From an uncultured Candidatus Saccharibacteria bacterium (lineage in GTDB: Bacteria > Patescibacteriota > Minisyncoccia > Phycocordibacterales > JACOZG01), in NCBI GenBank assembly GCA_964591715.1, contig CAZQDR010000002.1:3614-57135 (forward strand): a DNA stretch of 53,522 nt, in the 5' to 3' direction. The notes below the pieces were generated by a model. It did no database searches, was not told the DNA's origin, and worked only from the letters and a program-made list of their open reading frames with translations. A program made the position numbers and the translations under genes. Positions 1 to 6,800 of the stretch are shown here, piece by piece; the stretch's first letter is position 1, and each line of letters opens with the position of its first letter.

Positions 1-127
1 GATGATCAAAGATCGATTTGGTTACTCATTCGAACTAGAAGAGGTAAGAGTTAATCTCTTGTACTTACTCAGAAGGGAAAAAATAAAGCGAGAAAAGGTT
101 GGCAAGATCTACAAATACCGAACTTAA
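1..127 (+). CDS. 3' end of a gene that starts upstream of the window (partial)
   Basis: Frame +2 is open from the window edge to TAA 125..127 (...ELEEVRVNLLYLLRREKIKREKVGKIYKYRT*). The stop lies 3 nt before the ATG at 131, which is operon-like spacing. No function can be assigned from 41 residues. Confidence 0.35.
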   Translation, partial: MIKDRFGYSFELEEVRVNLLYLLRREKIKREKVGKIYKYRT

Positions 128-130
128 TCT

Positions 131-793
131 ATGGACAACGAAACAACCCCTCGCTCTTGTGTTAAGTCGCTTTGGAGTGAAAGTTTTTTCAAAGATGCCA
201 AGACCCTAGGAGAAACTCGCCAGCGAATCGAAGAAAAATGGAGTCATAATTTTCCTAACCCGGAATTAAGCAAGGCTTTAAGTGATTCGATTTTTTTAAT
301 CTCGACAGGAAAACGGGGTTCTTTTCGTTATAAGCAAAAGATTAATCCGCAAAGCGGCAGAATCGAAAACATTCAGGAACAATTGTTTTCGGATGATTTG
401 CTTTCCAGATTAGGTAGCCGTTTTAAGGCCGATATAGATGATCTACATCTAAATTTTGGCCGAAGCGGCACGTGTACAGCATTTCTTTTGCGTAAGATTT
501 TAGAGAAGGCCATATTTCTCGTATTTGCTCAAAATGGTTTTTCTTCCAAGCTGGAAGATGCTGGCGGGATGGGAAAAATTATTGGTCTAGAGGCCATGCT
601 GGATGCCGCTGCCCGCGAAAAAATTTTTGGTATTCCAATTTTAATTCCCAAAACAGCAGAAAAAATAAAAGGCATCAAGTTTCTGGGGGACACTTCAGCA
701 CACAATCCACTCACGGGCGTAGACATGGAAACCATTTTACCTCAAATGCCTTACATAATTACAGCCTACAAAGAACTTGCAGAACGACTTTAG
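131..793 (+). CDS. hypothetical protein with DUF4145-like C-terminal helical domain
   Basis: ORF track, 220 aa. The region is AT-rich (hand count of line 181: 25/60 GC). The C-terminal half shows LLRKILEKAIFLVF ... IKFLGDTSAHNP, which resembles the DUF4145 pattern (conserved R..gN..aH). This is recognised from memory only. Confidence 0.6.
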   Translation: MDNETTPRSCVKSLWSESFFKDAKTLGETRQRIEEKWSHNFPNPELSKALSDSIFLISTGKRGSFRYKQKINPQSGRIENIQEQLFSDDLLSRLGSRFKADIDDLHLNFGRSGTCTAFLLRKILEKAIFLVFAQNGFSSKLEDAGGMGKIIGLEAMLDAAAREKIFGIPILIPKTAEKIKGIKFLGDTSAHNPLTGVDMETILPQMPYIITAYKELAERL

Positions 794-900
794 CCTCAGA
801 TACTTTCTAACTAATTTTGGCTATAATTAACTCATTATGGAAGTATGTAAAACGTTCTAAAATCGCTCAAAGTGGTATTTTAAATCAAAACGAGATTAGA

Positions 901-928
901 TTGACTTTTGGGGGGAGCGGGATAGGGT
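901..928 (+). promoter_or_regulatory. sigma70-like promoter TTGACT-N16-TAGGGT
   Basis: TTGACT 901..906, 16-nt spacer, TAGGGT 923..928. It lies 40 nt upstream of the SD/ATG of the 970 gene. Confidence 0.45.
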
Positions 929-969
929 AAAGCAAGAATTTGGTAATACAATCCTTTGGAGGTAAAGAG

Positions 970-1272
970 ATGGACGCGCAATTTGGGGTACGAGTACTGG
1001 AGGCCGAGGCGGGCGCTAAGCCTCATCTGGCTAAGCTGGGGTGGGAGGAGACCCTGAAGCGGATCTGGTTGCTGTCGTGCAAAAGTATCCACGAGAACGA
1101 AGTGGCCATGCACGAATGCGAGCCCGGGCTTAACGACCTGGTGAAGGAGTCGGAGTTGCTCAAGAGCCGTTTGCCCAAGGACCAGCAGGCGGTGATGGTG
1201 CGAGCGTACTATGAGGCGATATGTACTCTGGCGGCGGCTCATCTGGAGATCTTGAGGAAGCTGGCGCGGTAA
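970..1272 (+). CDS. hypothetical small protein (100 aa), orphan
   Basis: The ORF track gives 940..1272 (TTG start). I prefer ATG 970 because GGAGG at 958..962 lies 7 nt upstream. GC-rich. Followed by a terminator. Confidence 0.6.
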   Translation: MDAQFGVRVLEAEAGAKPHLAKLGWEETLKRIWLLSCKSIHENEVAMHECEPGLNDLVKESELLKSRLPKDQQAVMVRAYYEAICTLAAAHLEILRKLAR

Positions 1273-1302
1273 GGGCAGTCCACCGAGCGCGGTTTATTGA
1301 GG

Positions 1303-1328
1303 GCGGCTGGTAATCCAGCCGCTTTTTA
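1303..1328 (+). terminator. intrinsic terminator
   Basis: gcggctgg (1303..1310) / taat loop / ccagccgc (1315..1322), then TTTTT. Confidence 0.75.
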
Positions 1329-1355
1329 TTTGCCTTTTGTTTGTCCTGGCTGATG

Positions 1356-1383
1356 TTGACTATTAGGAGGATTGTGGTAGTTT
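1356..1383 (+). promoter_or_regulatory. sigma70-like promoter TTGACT-N16-TAGTTT
   Basis: TTGACT 1356..1361, TAGTTT 1378..1383, preceded by tgtgg (the same ttgtggtagtt 11-mer recurs at 17221). Confidence 0.45.
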
Positions 1384-1434
1384 GGTGGCGGAAGTTCAAT
1401 CATTGTTCCACTATCATCACGAAAGGGGTATGGT

Positions 1435-1845
1435 ATGAGCGCAACGGATTGTGAGGTTGGGGTTCAAGGGCTGTTGGTTCGTCGGATTTCGATTCGGCGA
1501 CGAGACGAGTTGATGCAGCGCCAGATGGCGGCTGATATCCAGGCTCGGTTGGACCAGGAGGATGAGGAGGCGGTCAACAGGTTGTACAACGTCGCGCCTG
1601 AGGGTCTCTCCGAATGGCTGGTAAACGAGCGAGTGCTCGAGCGCCTCATGGAGGCCGACGGCTTCGTGCTCTGCTTCGAGGTGCCGTACGGCGAGGAGCT
1701 GGGACCCGATCTCTTCTGCAACTACGGCAGTTCGTTCGGCTATTTTATGGATCTGCAGAAGGCGTGGGCCGGCAACGTCAATGTCTATGTGGGCACCAAC
1801 TTGCCGGGCAAGTTGCAGATCAACTTAAGCTTGTTCACCCCCTGA
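1435..1845 (+). CDS. hypothetical protein, paralog of 5520..5870
   Basis: ORF track, 136 aa. SD aagggg lies 6 nt upstream. It shares RLYNVAPEGLSEWLVNERVLERLM / GKLQINLSLFTP blocks with the 5520 product. Confidence 0.7.
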   Translation: MSATDCEVGVQGLLVRRISIRRRDELMQRQMAADIQARLDQEDEEAVNRLYNVAPEGLSEWLVNERVLERLMEADGFVLCFEVPYGEELGPDLFCNYGSSFGYFMDLQKAWAGNVNVYVGTNLPGKLQINLSLFTP

Positions 1846-1871
1846 TCATTGACGGGTGAGCGGGCGCACTG

Positions 1872-1904
1872 GTGGGGTTAGTCTTCGGACGACCCCACTT
1901 TTTT
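1872..1904 (+). terminator. intrinsic terminator
   Basis: gtggggt (1872..1878) ... accccac (1892..1898) with an inner gtc-ttcg-gac, then TTTTTT. Confidence 0.75.
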
Positions 1905-1920
1905 GTATCTATGCCAAAGG

Positions 1921-1948
1921 TTGACTAATCAGATAAAAATAGTAATTT
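1921..1948 (+). promoter_or_regulatory. sigma70-like promoter TTGACT-N16-TAATTT
   Basis: TTGACT 1921..1926, TAATTT 1943..1948. Confidence 0.45.
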
Positions 1949-2070
1949 GAGGGTGGCGTTGGAACTTTGAAAGATTGATTGGCACTAATTCCTGAAAGGG
2001 GGAATCATGAGACTGGCCAGAATGAATCTCAGTTTGTGTCGGGCCCTCGTCTATAGAGTCGCCCCGGGAA

Positions 2071-2403
2071 GTGTACTACTTGGAATTGCGAGGACCCAAG
2101 GATACCAAGTGGCGCTTGGCTACGGGGATTAACTTGAACAACTGGATCCAGGGCGACGGTTGTGACGAAGAGAAGTATAACATCGTCAATACTTGGGGTA
2201 ACCAGTATCCTTACCGCAGCCTCGTTGAGTTTATGAAGGTGGGTGGACGACTAATCGCCGCGCGCTCCTTTAGGCTGATCAGTGAGAGTGACTGGGAGCC
2301 ACTTGAGAAGCGGCGACATGCGGCCCGGTCGGCGGCTGATACGCTGGTGGCGATGTATCGAAAATACGATTTAGCCAAACTCATAAACCTAGAGAGAGAC
2401 TAG
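2071..2403 (+). CDS. hypothetical protein (110 aa), start uncertain
   Basis: ORF track, GTG start with no SD. A strongly SD-led ATG at 2007 opens a different frame that overlaps it (see findings). The stop lies 16 nt before the next gene. Confidence 0.5.
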   Translation: MYYLELRGPKDTKWRLATGINLNNWIQGDGCDEEKYNIVNTWGNQYPYRSLVEFMKVGGRLIAARSFRLISESDWEPLEKRRHAARSAADTLVAMYRKYDLAKLINLERD

Positions 2404-2419
2404 GAGGAAAGGAGTCTGT

Positions 2420-2812
2420 ATGACTAAGGAGAAGAGGAAGATAGTCGTTCGGGTTAACTGGGCGACTGGTCGGGCGCTGGTGAAGGATGAGAAGGGCGGG
2501 GTCTTCCTGCTCGACAACAAACGGCCGAATATGCCCAAGCGATTGCCGGCGCCCAAGTGGGACAAGCTGGATTTGCTCTTTAACTCCAGTGGCTCTACCA
2601 CTTTTTCCAGCGAAACGTTAGAGGAGTCGGCGCCGTTTGTGGCGCTTTACTGGCGACTGCGAGTGGCACAGCTTCGGCACTCGATGGATTTGCTCTTTGA
2701 TCAGGCGCTGGATCCGAAGTGGCCGATCCCATTGCGAGATCAGGCCGTTCGCGACCTGATTGAGATGGGCGCCGCTTTGCCCAAGCTCCTGGCGCTGAAG
2801 GAGGAAGGGTAG
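2420..2812 (+). CDS. hypothetical protein (130 aa), orphan
   Basis: ORF track. SD aaggag 2409..2414 lies 5 nt from the ATG. Co-transcribed with 2071..2403. Confidence 0.65.
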   Translation: MTKEKRKIVVRVNWATGRALVKDEKGGVFLLDNKRPNMPKRLPAPKWDKLDLLFNSSGSTTFSSETLEESAPFVALYWRLRVAQLRHSMDLLFDQALDPKWPIPLRDQAVRDLIEMGAALPKLLALKEEG

Positions 2813-2850
2813 CGAGACGCAAAAGAAGAGCCGTCATGAGGCGGAGGGTT

Positions 2851-2891
2851 GGCGCGAGGAGGGGCAGGCTTTCCCCACCTCGCGCCTTTTT
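2851..2891 (+). terminator. intrinsic terminator (copy 1 of a duplicated module)
   Basis: ggcgcgaggagggg (2851..2864) / ccccacctcgcgcc (2873..2886), then TTTTT. Near-identical to 3332..3373. Confidence 0.8.
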
Positions 2892-2904
2892 ATATTTACC
2901 TCGT

Positions 2905-2932
2905 TTGACAGCGGGAACAGAAGGAGTATTTT
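2905..2932 (+). promoter_or_regulatory. sigma70-like promoter TTGACA-N16-TATTTT
   Basis: TTGACA 2905..2910, TATTTT 2927..2932. Confidence 0.45.
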
Positions 2933-2984
2933 GAATATGGATCATCATTCACGCTATTAGCAGTTCTTAATCAAGGAGAGGGCC

Positions 2985-3326
2985 ATGCCAGGGTTGGAAG
3001 TGACCGAGGAGATGTTGAAGCGGTCTCTGATTGCCACTATCGCAATCGAGAGGTTTGAGGCTCAGTGCTTTCAGTGTCGTCGGCATCACTACAAAAAGGA
3101 GGGCGCGCCTGTCCACGTTATCTATGATGGCGGGCGCCAACTTGTGGTTGGCTGTGAGTGTGGCGAGGCGCTACGCTATGCTCACCAGCTGTGGGAGCGC
3201 CGTTCCTTCGTGGTTGAGCTGCTCGGTCAAACCGAGGCGGCGAAAAGTCCAGGAGTGTCGATGGTCAGCGAGGCCTGCGGCTCGGAGTGTCGAACGCTGA
3301 CGAAGGTTGAGCTCTCGTCAACCTAA
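2985..3326 (+). CDS. hypothetical protein with zinc-ribbon-like Cys pattern
   Basis: ORF track, 113 aa. SD aaggagagg. It carries CFQC...(29 aa)...CEC, a possible 4-Cys site. Confidence 0.6.
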   Translation: MPGLEVTEEMLKRSLIATIAIERFEAQCFQCRRHHYKKEGAPVHVIYDGGRQLVVGCECGEALRYAHQLWERRSFVVELLGQTEAAKSPGVSMVSEACGSECRTLTKVELSST

Positions 3327-3331
3327 CGCCG

Positions 3332-3373
3332 GGCGCGAGGAGGGGAAGGCTTTCCCCACCTCGCGCCTTTTTT
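3332..3373 (+). terminator. intrinsic terminator (copy 2 of a duplicated module)
   Basis: ggcgcgaggagggg (3332..3345) / ccccacctcgcgcc (3354..3367), then TTTTTT. Confidence 0.8.
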
Positions 3374-3437
3374 ATATTCACTAGTAATTCAAGTTCAGTT
3401 TGATAAACTAAAACATTATTCATTAAAAATATTTATT

Positions 3438-3836
3438 ATGAATCGAGTTGTCCATTTCGAAATTCAGGCTGATGAGCCAGAGCGTGCGGCTAAGTTTTAC
3501 ACCGACGTGTTTGGTTGGGAGTTTAGCAAGTGGGAGAACCCAGGCAGTGATTACTGGTTAATTATGACCGGCCCTAAAGATACCAAGGAGCCAGGGATTA
3601 ACGGCGGCTTGTTGAAGCGGCCGACGGCTCGTCCGGGGCAACAACAGGGGACAAACGCTTACGTTTGTACGCTCCAAGTTGATAACTTTGACGAAATGGC
3701 CGCCAAAATCTTAGCCGCTGGGGGGATTGTAGCGATGCCAAAATATGCAATTCCCGGTATGGCTTGGCAGGGCTACTTCCTTGATACTGAGGGCAACACC
3801 TTCGGGATTCACCAGGCCGACAAAACCGCCGCCTAG
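3438..3836 (+). CDS. VOC (glyoxalase/bleomycin-resistance/dioxygenase) family protein
   Basis: 132 aa. VVHFEIQADEPERAAKFYTDVFGWEF ... GYFLDTEGNTFGIHQ is typical of small VOC-fold proteins. Confidence 0.8.
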   Translation: MNRVVHFEIQADEPERAAKFYTDVFGWEFSKWENPGSDYWLIMTGPKDTKEPGINGGLLKRPTARPGQQQGTNAYVCTLQVDNFDEMAAKILAAGGIVAMPKYAIPGMAWQGYFLDTEGNTFGIHQADKTAA

Positions 3837-3855
3837 CCAAAGTTTTACTCCACCC

Positions 3856-3883
3856 TTGACATCTCATTGTTAGAGCATAAGGT
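3856..3883 (+). promoter_or_regulatory. sigma70-like promoter TTGACA-N16-TAAGGT
   Basis: TTGACA 3856..3861, TAAGGT 3878..3883. Confidence 0.45.
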
Positions 3884-3943
3884 AAGACTAGAGGCGAACT
3901 AGTGTTTGCTAGTTCAAGGACTTTTATTTCGAGGAGACGGCAG

Positions 3944-5389
3944 ATGCAAAAGATGAACAGGGGACGAGGTCTGATGTTTGCGGCCTTCGGTATTTTGGCC
4001 GCGCTCTCACTGGGACAAGGCTGTCCCAGCTCCACGACGATTGTGACTCCGCCGGGTGAGACTGGACCCCAGGGGCCGCAAGGAATCCAGGGATTGCAGG
4101 GCGATACGGGTCCGGTTGGACCCGTTGGCGAAGCGGGAGCTCGAGGGCCGATCGGTCCAGTTGGTTTGACGGGTGCTATTGGTCTGACTGGTGATACGGG
4201 CCAACCCGGTACTCCGGGAGCTCAAGGTCCGTGGGGTGAGCAAGGACCGCAAGGTGATGCTGGACCGCGGGGTGAGCAAGGACCACAAGGCGAGCCTGGC
4301 GTGCAGGGGCCACAAGGGCCGAAAGGTGATCCAGGTGACCAAGGACCGCAAGGTGAGCAGGGGCCGAAAGGTGACACCGGTGCAACTGGTGCCGCTGGGG
4401 CAACTGGTGCCACTGGCGCGACAGGCGCAACCGGAGCCACTGGTGCTACCGGACCTACTGTTTTCACTTTCGTCACGGATGTTAACCAGGTGAACGCGGC
4501 TGTCAATGCGCTGCCCGCAGCGGGCGGTACCGTCATGTTGGCGCGAGGTGATCATTATCCCTCCGCGCCCATCAACATTGCTCGTAACAACGTGACCTTC
4601 TGTGGTGAGGGCTTGGGCACACGGATCCACCTACTTAACGGTGGACTGTTTCCACTGATCGTGATGGGCATCATGGCGCCCTACGATACCAACAACATTG
4701 CCTGTAGTGGGATTGTCGTCAAAGACCTGTATCTCGACGGCAATCGCCTCAATCAGTCGAGCGAGTTGTGCAAACTCCCGAATCTGGGTCACCTGCGCGT
4801 TAATGACATCACGGGTCGTCGCATCCAAAACTGCACGATCAGTAACGTGATCTGCGAAGGTGCGCGCAGCGGCGGCATTGTGCTCGAGTTGCCGTGCGAG
4901 AACGTTCTCATTACCTGGGTTATCTCCCGCGATAACCACTTTGATGGGATTGCGCTCGATGCCGTGGTTACGCGGATTTCCATCATCGGTTGCTGGTTGA
5001 TCAACAACCGCGCCTCGGGCTTGTCGCTTGATCTGGGTGTTCGCTACATTACGGTGGCTGACACAGTGATTTCGAACAATATCGACAATGGCGTGTTCAT
5101 GCGTAACAGCCAGTACGTCCTCTACGATGGCTGTCAGATCAACGGCAATGGCAACTACGGCATCTACATTGCCAACGGCGACGGCGCGACCGACAAGTGC
5201 GTCTACAACGTGTTCTCCAGCTGTCTGATCTCGGGCAACTTCCGCAGTGGCATCTTCCAGGACGGCAGTCGAAGTATCAACAACGTGCTGGCTGGCGTGG
5301 TGTTCCAGGGTAACGGTACCCCCAACATTAAGGAGACCTATCCGACAACGGCACCGCTCGTTCGTCAGGGTGTCAGTGAGTTCCCGTAA
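3944..5389 (+). CDS. secreted (possibly lipo-)protein: collagen-like triple-helix stalk + right-handed parallel beta-helix (PbH1/pectate-lyase-like) domain
   Basis: The ORF track gives 3902..5389 (GTG). ATG 3944 has gaggag 7 nt upstream and yields the signal peptide [27 protein letters not shown]. There are 45 uninterrupted G-X-Y triplets. Six ~22-aa PbH1-like repeats follow ([60 protein letters not shown] and others). Confidence 0.8.
   Translation: MQKMNRGRGLMFAAFGILAALSLGQGCPSSTTIVTPPGETGPQGPQGIQGLQGDTGPVGPVGEAGARGPIGPVGLTGAIGLTGDTGQPGTPGAQGPWGEQGPQGDAGPRGEQGPQGEPGVQGPQGPKGDPGDQGPQGEQGPKGDTGATGAAGATGATGATGATGATGATGPTVFTFVTDVNQVNAAVNALPAAGGTVMLARGDHYPSAPINIARNNVTFCGEGLGTRIHLLNGGLFPLIVMGIMAPYDTNNIACSGIVVKDLYLDGNRLNQSSELCKLPNLGHLRVNDITGRRIQNCTISNVICEGARSGGIVLELPCENVLITWVISRDNHFDGIALDAVVTRISIIGCWLINNRASGLSLDLGVRYITVADTVISNNIDNGVFMRNSQYVLYDGCQINGNGNYGIYIANGDGATDKCVYNVFSSCLISGNFRSGIFQDGSRSINNVLAGVVFQGNGTPNIKETYPTTAPLVRQGVSEFP
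4055..4459 (+). repeat. collagen-like G-X-Y coding repeat (45 triplets), ending in (GAT)n
   Basis: [15 protein letters not shown]...[27 protein letters not shown]. The 9-bp periodicity explains the long spurious antisense and alternate-frame ORFs at 4007..4630. Confidence 0.9.
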
Positions 5390-5400
5390 ATTCGGGCGTG

Positions 5401-5430
5401 GGTGGGAAGCAACGGCTTCCCACCTTTTTT
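5401..5430 (+). terminator. intrinsic terminator
   Basis: ggtgggaagc / aacg / gcttcccacc, a perfect 10-bp stem, then TTTTTT. Confidence 0.85.
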
Positions 5431-5437
5431 CGTACTC

Positions 5438-5465
5438 TTGACAAAATATTAATTATAAGTATAGT
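5438..5465 (+). promoter_or_regulatory. sigma70-like promoter TTGACA-N16-TATAGT
   Basis: TTGACA 5438..5443, TATAGT 5460..5465. Confidence 0.55.
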
Positions 5466-5519
5466 AGAAGGGCGTCTAAAGTTCATTCAGATCAAACAGA
5501 TCAAAACACGGAGGTAGCT

Positions 5520-5870
5520 ATGAGTACGTTGAATCGGGGTATGTTGGCCGAATCGATGACCAATCGCTTGGCTGCTCTTGAGCGTTTGCGGGAGCAGTTG
5601 TCGGCCCAGGACGAGCAAGACAAGCTCGCCTGCGACCAGCTCTATGAGGCGGCGCCTGCGGCACTCTCGGACTGGCTCATTAACGAGCTCGTCGTCGAGA
5701 AGCTCATTCGCCGAGGTATCTGTTGCCTCACGATTGACGAGCTGTCGCGGCCGCTCAAGGGCCAGCTCGAGGCCCTGCGCGAGGCGTGGAAGGATGTCGT
5801 GGCCATCGACAGCTACGAGGTTAACGGCCAGCTGCGCGTCAACCTGAGCATTATTCACCCCAAGTGTTAA
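5520..5870 (+). CDS. hypothetical protein, paralog of 1435..1845
   Basis: ORF track, 116 aa. GGAGG lies 5 nt upstream. It carries QLYEAAPAALSDWLINELVVEKLI and GQLRVNLSIIHP blocks. Confidence 0.7.
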   Translation: MSTLNRGMLAESMTNRLAALERLREQLSAQDEQDKLACDQLYEAAPAALSDWLINELVVEKLIRRGICCLTIDELSRPLKGQLEALREAWKDVVAIDSYEVNGQLRVNLSIIHPKC

Positions 5871-5887
5871 GCCCTACCACTTGGCGG

Positions 5888-5916
5888 ACAGGAGGCAATG
5901 TGCCTCCTGTTTTTTA
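5888..5916 (+). terminator. intrinsic terminator
   Basis: acaggaggca / atg / tgcctcctgt, then TTTTT. Confidence 0.8.
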
Positions 5917-5933
5917 TTTGGCCAAAAGTGGAG

Positions 5934-5939
5934 TAGAAT
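5934..5939 (+). promoter_or_regulatory. -10 box TAGAAT 6 nt upstream of ATG 5946 (leaderless-type)
   Basis: gagTAGAATaaaatcATG, with no SD between the box and the start. Confidence 0.4.
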
Positions 5940-5945
5940 AAAATC

Positions 5946-6368
5946 ATGACTTGGGCTATTTACGCGGTGCTCTCCGCTTTCTTTGCATCGCTCGTCGCTA
6001 TCTTTGCCAAGATCGGCATTAAGGGGATTGATAGTAATTTAGCGGTCGCCATTCGCACGCTAATTATTGTGGTCTTTGCGTGGGCGATTGTTTGGTTCCA
6101 GGGTAACGCCCGTGACTTATATAAAATTTCGAAGTATTCGTACACTTTTATTATTCTCTCGGCGATTGCCACGGGGCTCTCGTGGTTGTTTTACTACAAA
6201 GCGCTGCAGCTCGGTGAGGCCTCGCGCGTCGCGCCGATCGACAAGCTCTCGGTGGCTCTGACGCTGATCCTCGCCTTCCTGGTGCTCGGCGAGCGCGCCA
6301 CGCTCGGCAATGTTTTAGGCGGCGCCCTGGTCGCGGCCGGCGTTTTGGTGACCGTTTTAGTTAAATAA
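5946..6368 (+). CDS. EamA/DMT-superfamily small membrane transporter (single EamA domain)
   Basis: 140 aa with about 5 TM helices. IFAKIGIKGIDSNLAVAIRT ... YYKALQLGEASRVAPIDKLS is typical of EamA. Confidence 0.8.
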   Translation: MTWAIYAVLSAFFASLVAIFAKIGIKGIDSNLAVAIRTLIIVVFAWAIVWFQGNARDLYKISKYSYTFIILSAIATGLSWLFYYKALQLGEASRVAPIDKLSVALTLILAFLVLGERATLGNVLGGALVAAGVLVTVLVK

Positions 6369-6377
6369 TTTTCCTGG

Positions 6378-6770
6378 GTGATGCTTTGGCGATTGCGACT
6401 TCGGCGGGTGCGGCGTCGCCGGCCACGTTCTAAAACATCGCAAGCCGAGTTTGCCGAGCATGCTTCGGCGGCGCGCGCGCTAGTCGCCGCGCGCCTGGCC
6501 CACTTTAATCAGCATTATCAATTTACTTATCACCGGGTTAGTATTCGCAATCAGCGCACGCGCTGGGGGAGTTGCTCGCGTCAGGGCAATCTCAATTTTA
6601 ATTACAAAATCGCGCTCATTCCGCCACCTTTGGCTGACTATTTAATTGTTCACGAACTTTGTCATTTGGGTCAACTTAATCATTCGGCCAAGTTTTGGGC
6701 TTTAGTCGCCGAGACGATTCCCGATTGGCGCGAGCGCCGCCGCGCGCTTAAGGCTATCCCTTTATCTTGA
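6378..6770 (+). CDS. YgjP/DUF45-like zinc metallohydrolase (short form)
   Basis: 130 aa. [19 protein letters not shown]...[19 protein letters not shown] carries the HExxH core of the family. GTG start. Confidence 0.75.
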   Translation: MMLWRLRLRRVRRRRPRSKTSQAEFAEHASAARALVAARLAHFNQHYQFTYHRVSIRNQRTRWGSCSRQGNLNFNYKIALIPPPLADYLIVHELCHLGQLNHSAKFWALVAETIPDWRERRRALKAIPLS

Positions 6771-6800
6771 CAGACCCCACCAAAGGTATACTTTTAAACT

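Noticed and set aside
4007-4630. Long minus-strand and alternate-frame ORFs (4007..4630, 4176..4430, 4191..4493, 4222..4536) inside the collagen-like gene
   Set aside because: They coincide exactly with the GC-rich G-X-Y repeat, where stop codons are rare in all frames. Their translations are low-complexity mirror images ([10 protein letters not shown]...), and they have no SD or promoter.
6767-6792. TTGACA ... TATACT upstream of 6801 as a full -35/-10 promoter
   Set aside because: The spacer is only 14 nt. I kept the TATACT box only as a possible leaderless-type -10 element (8 nt from the ATG).
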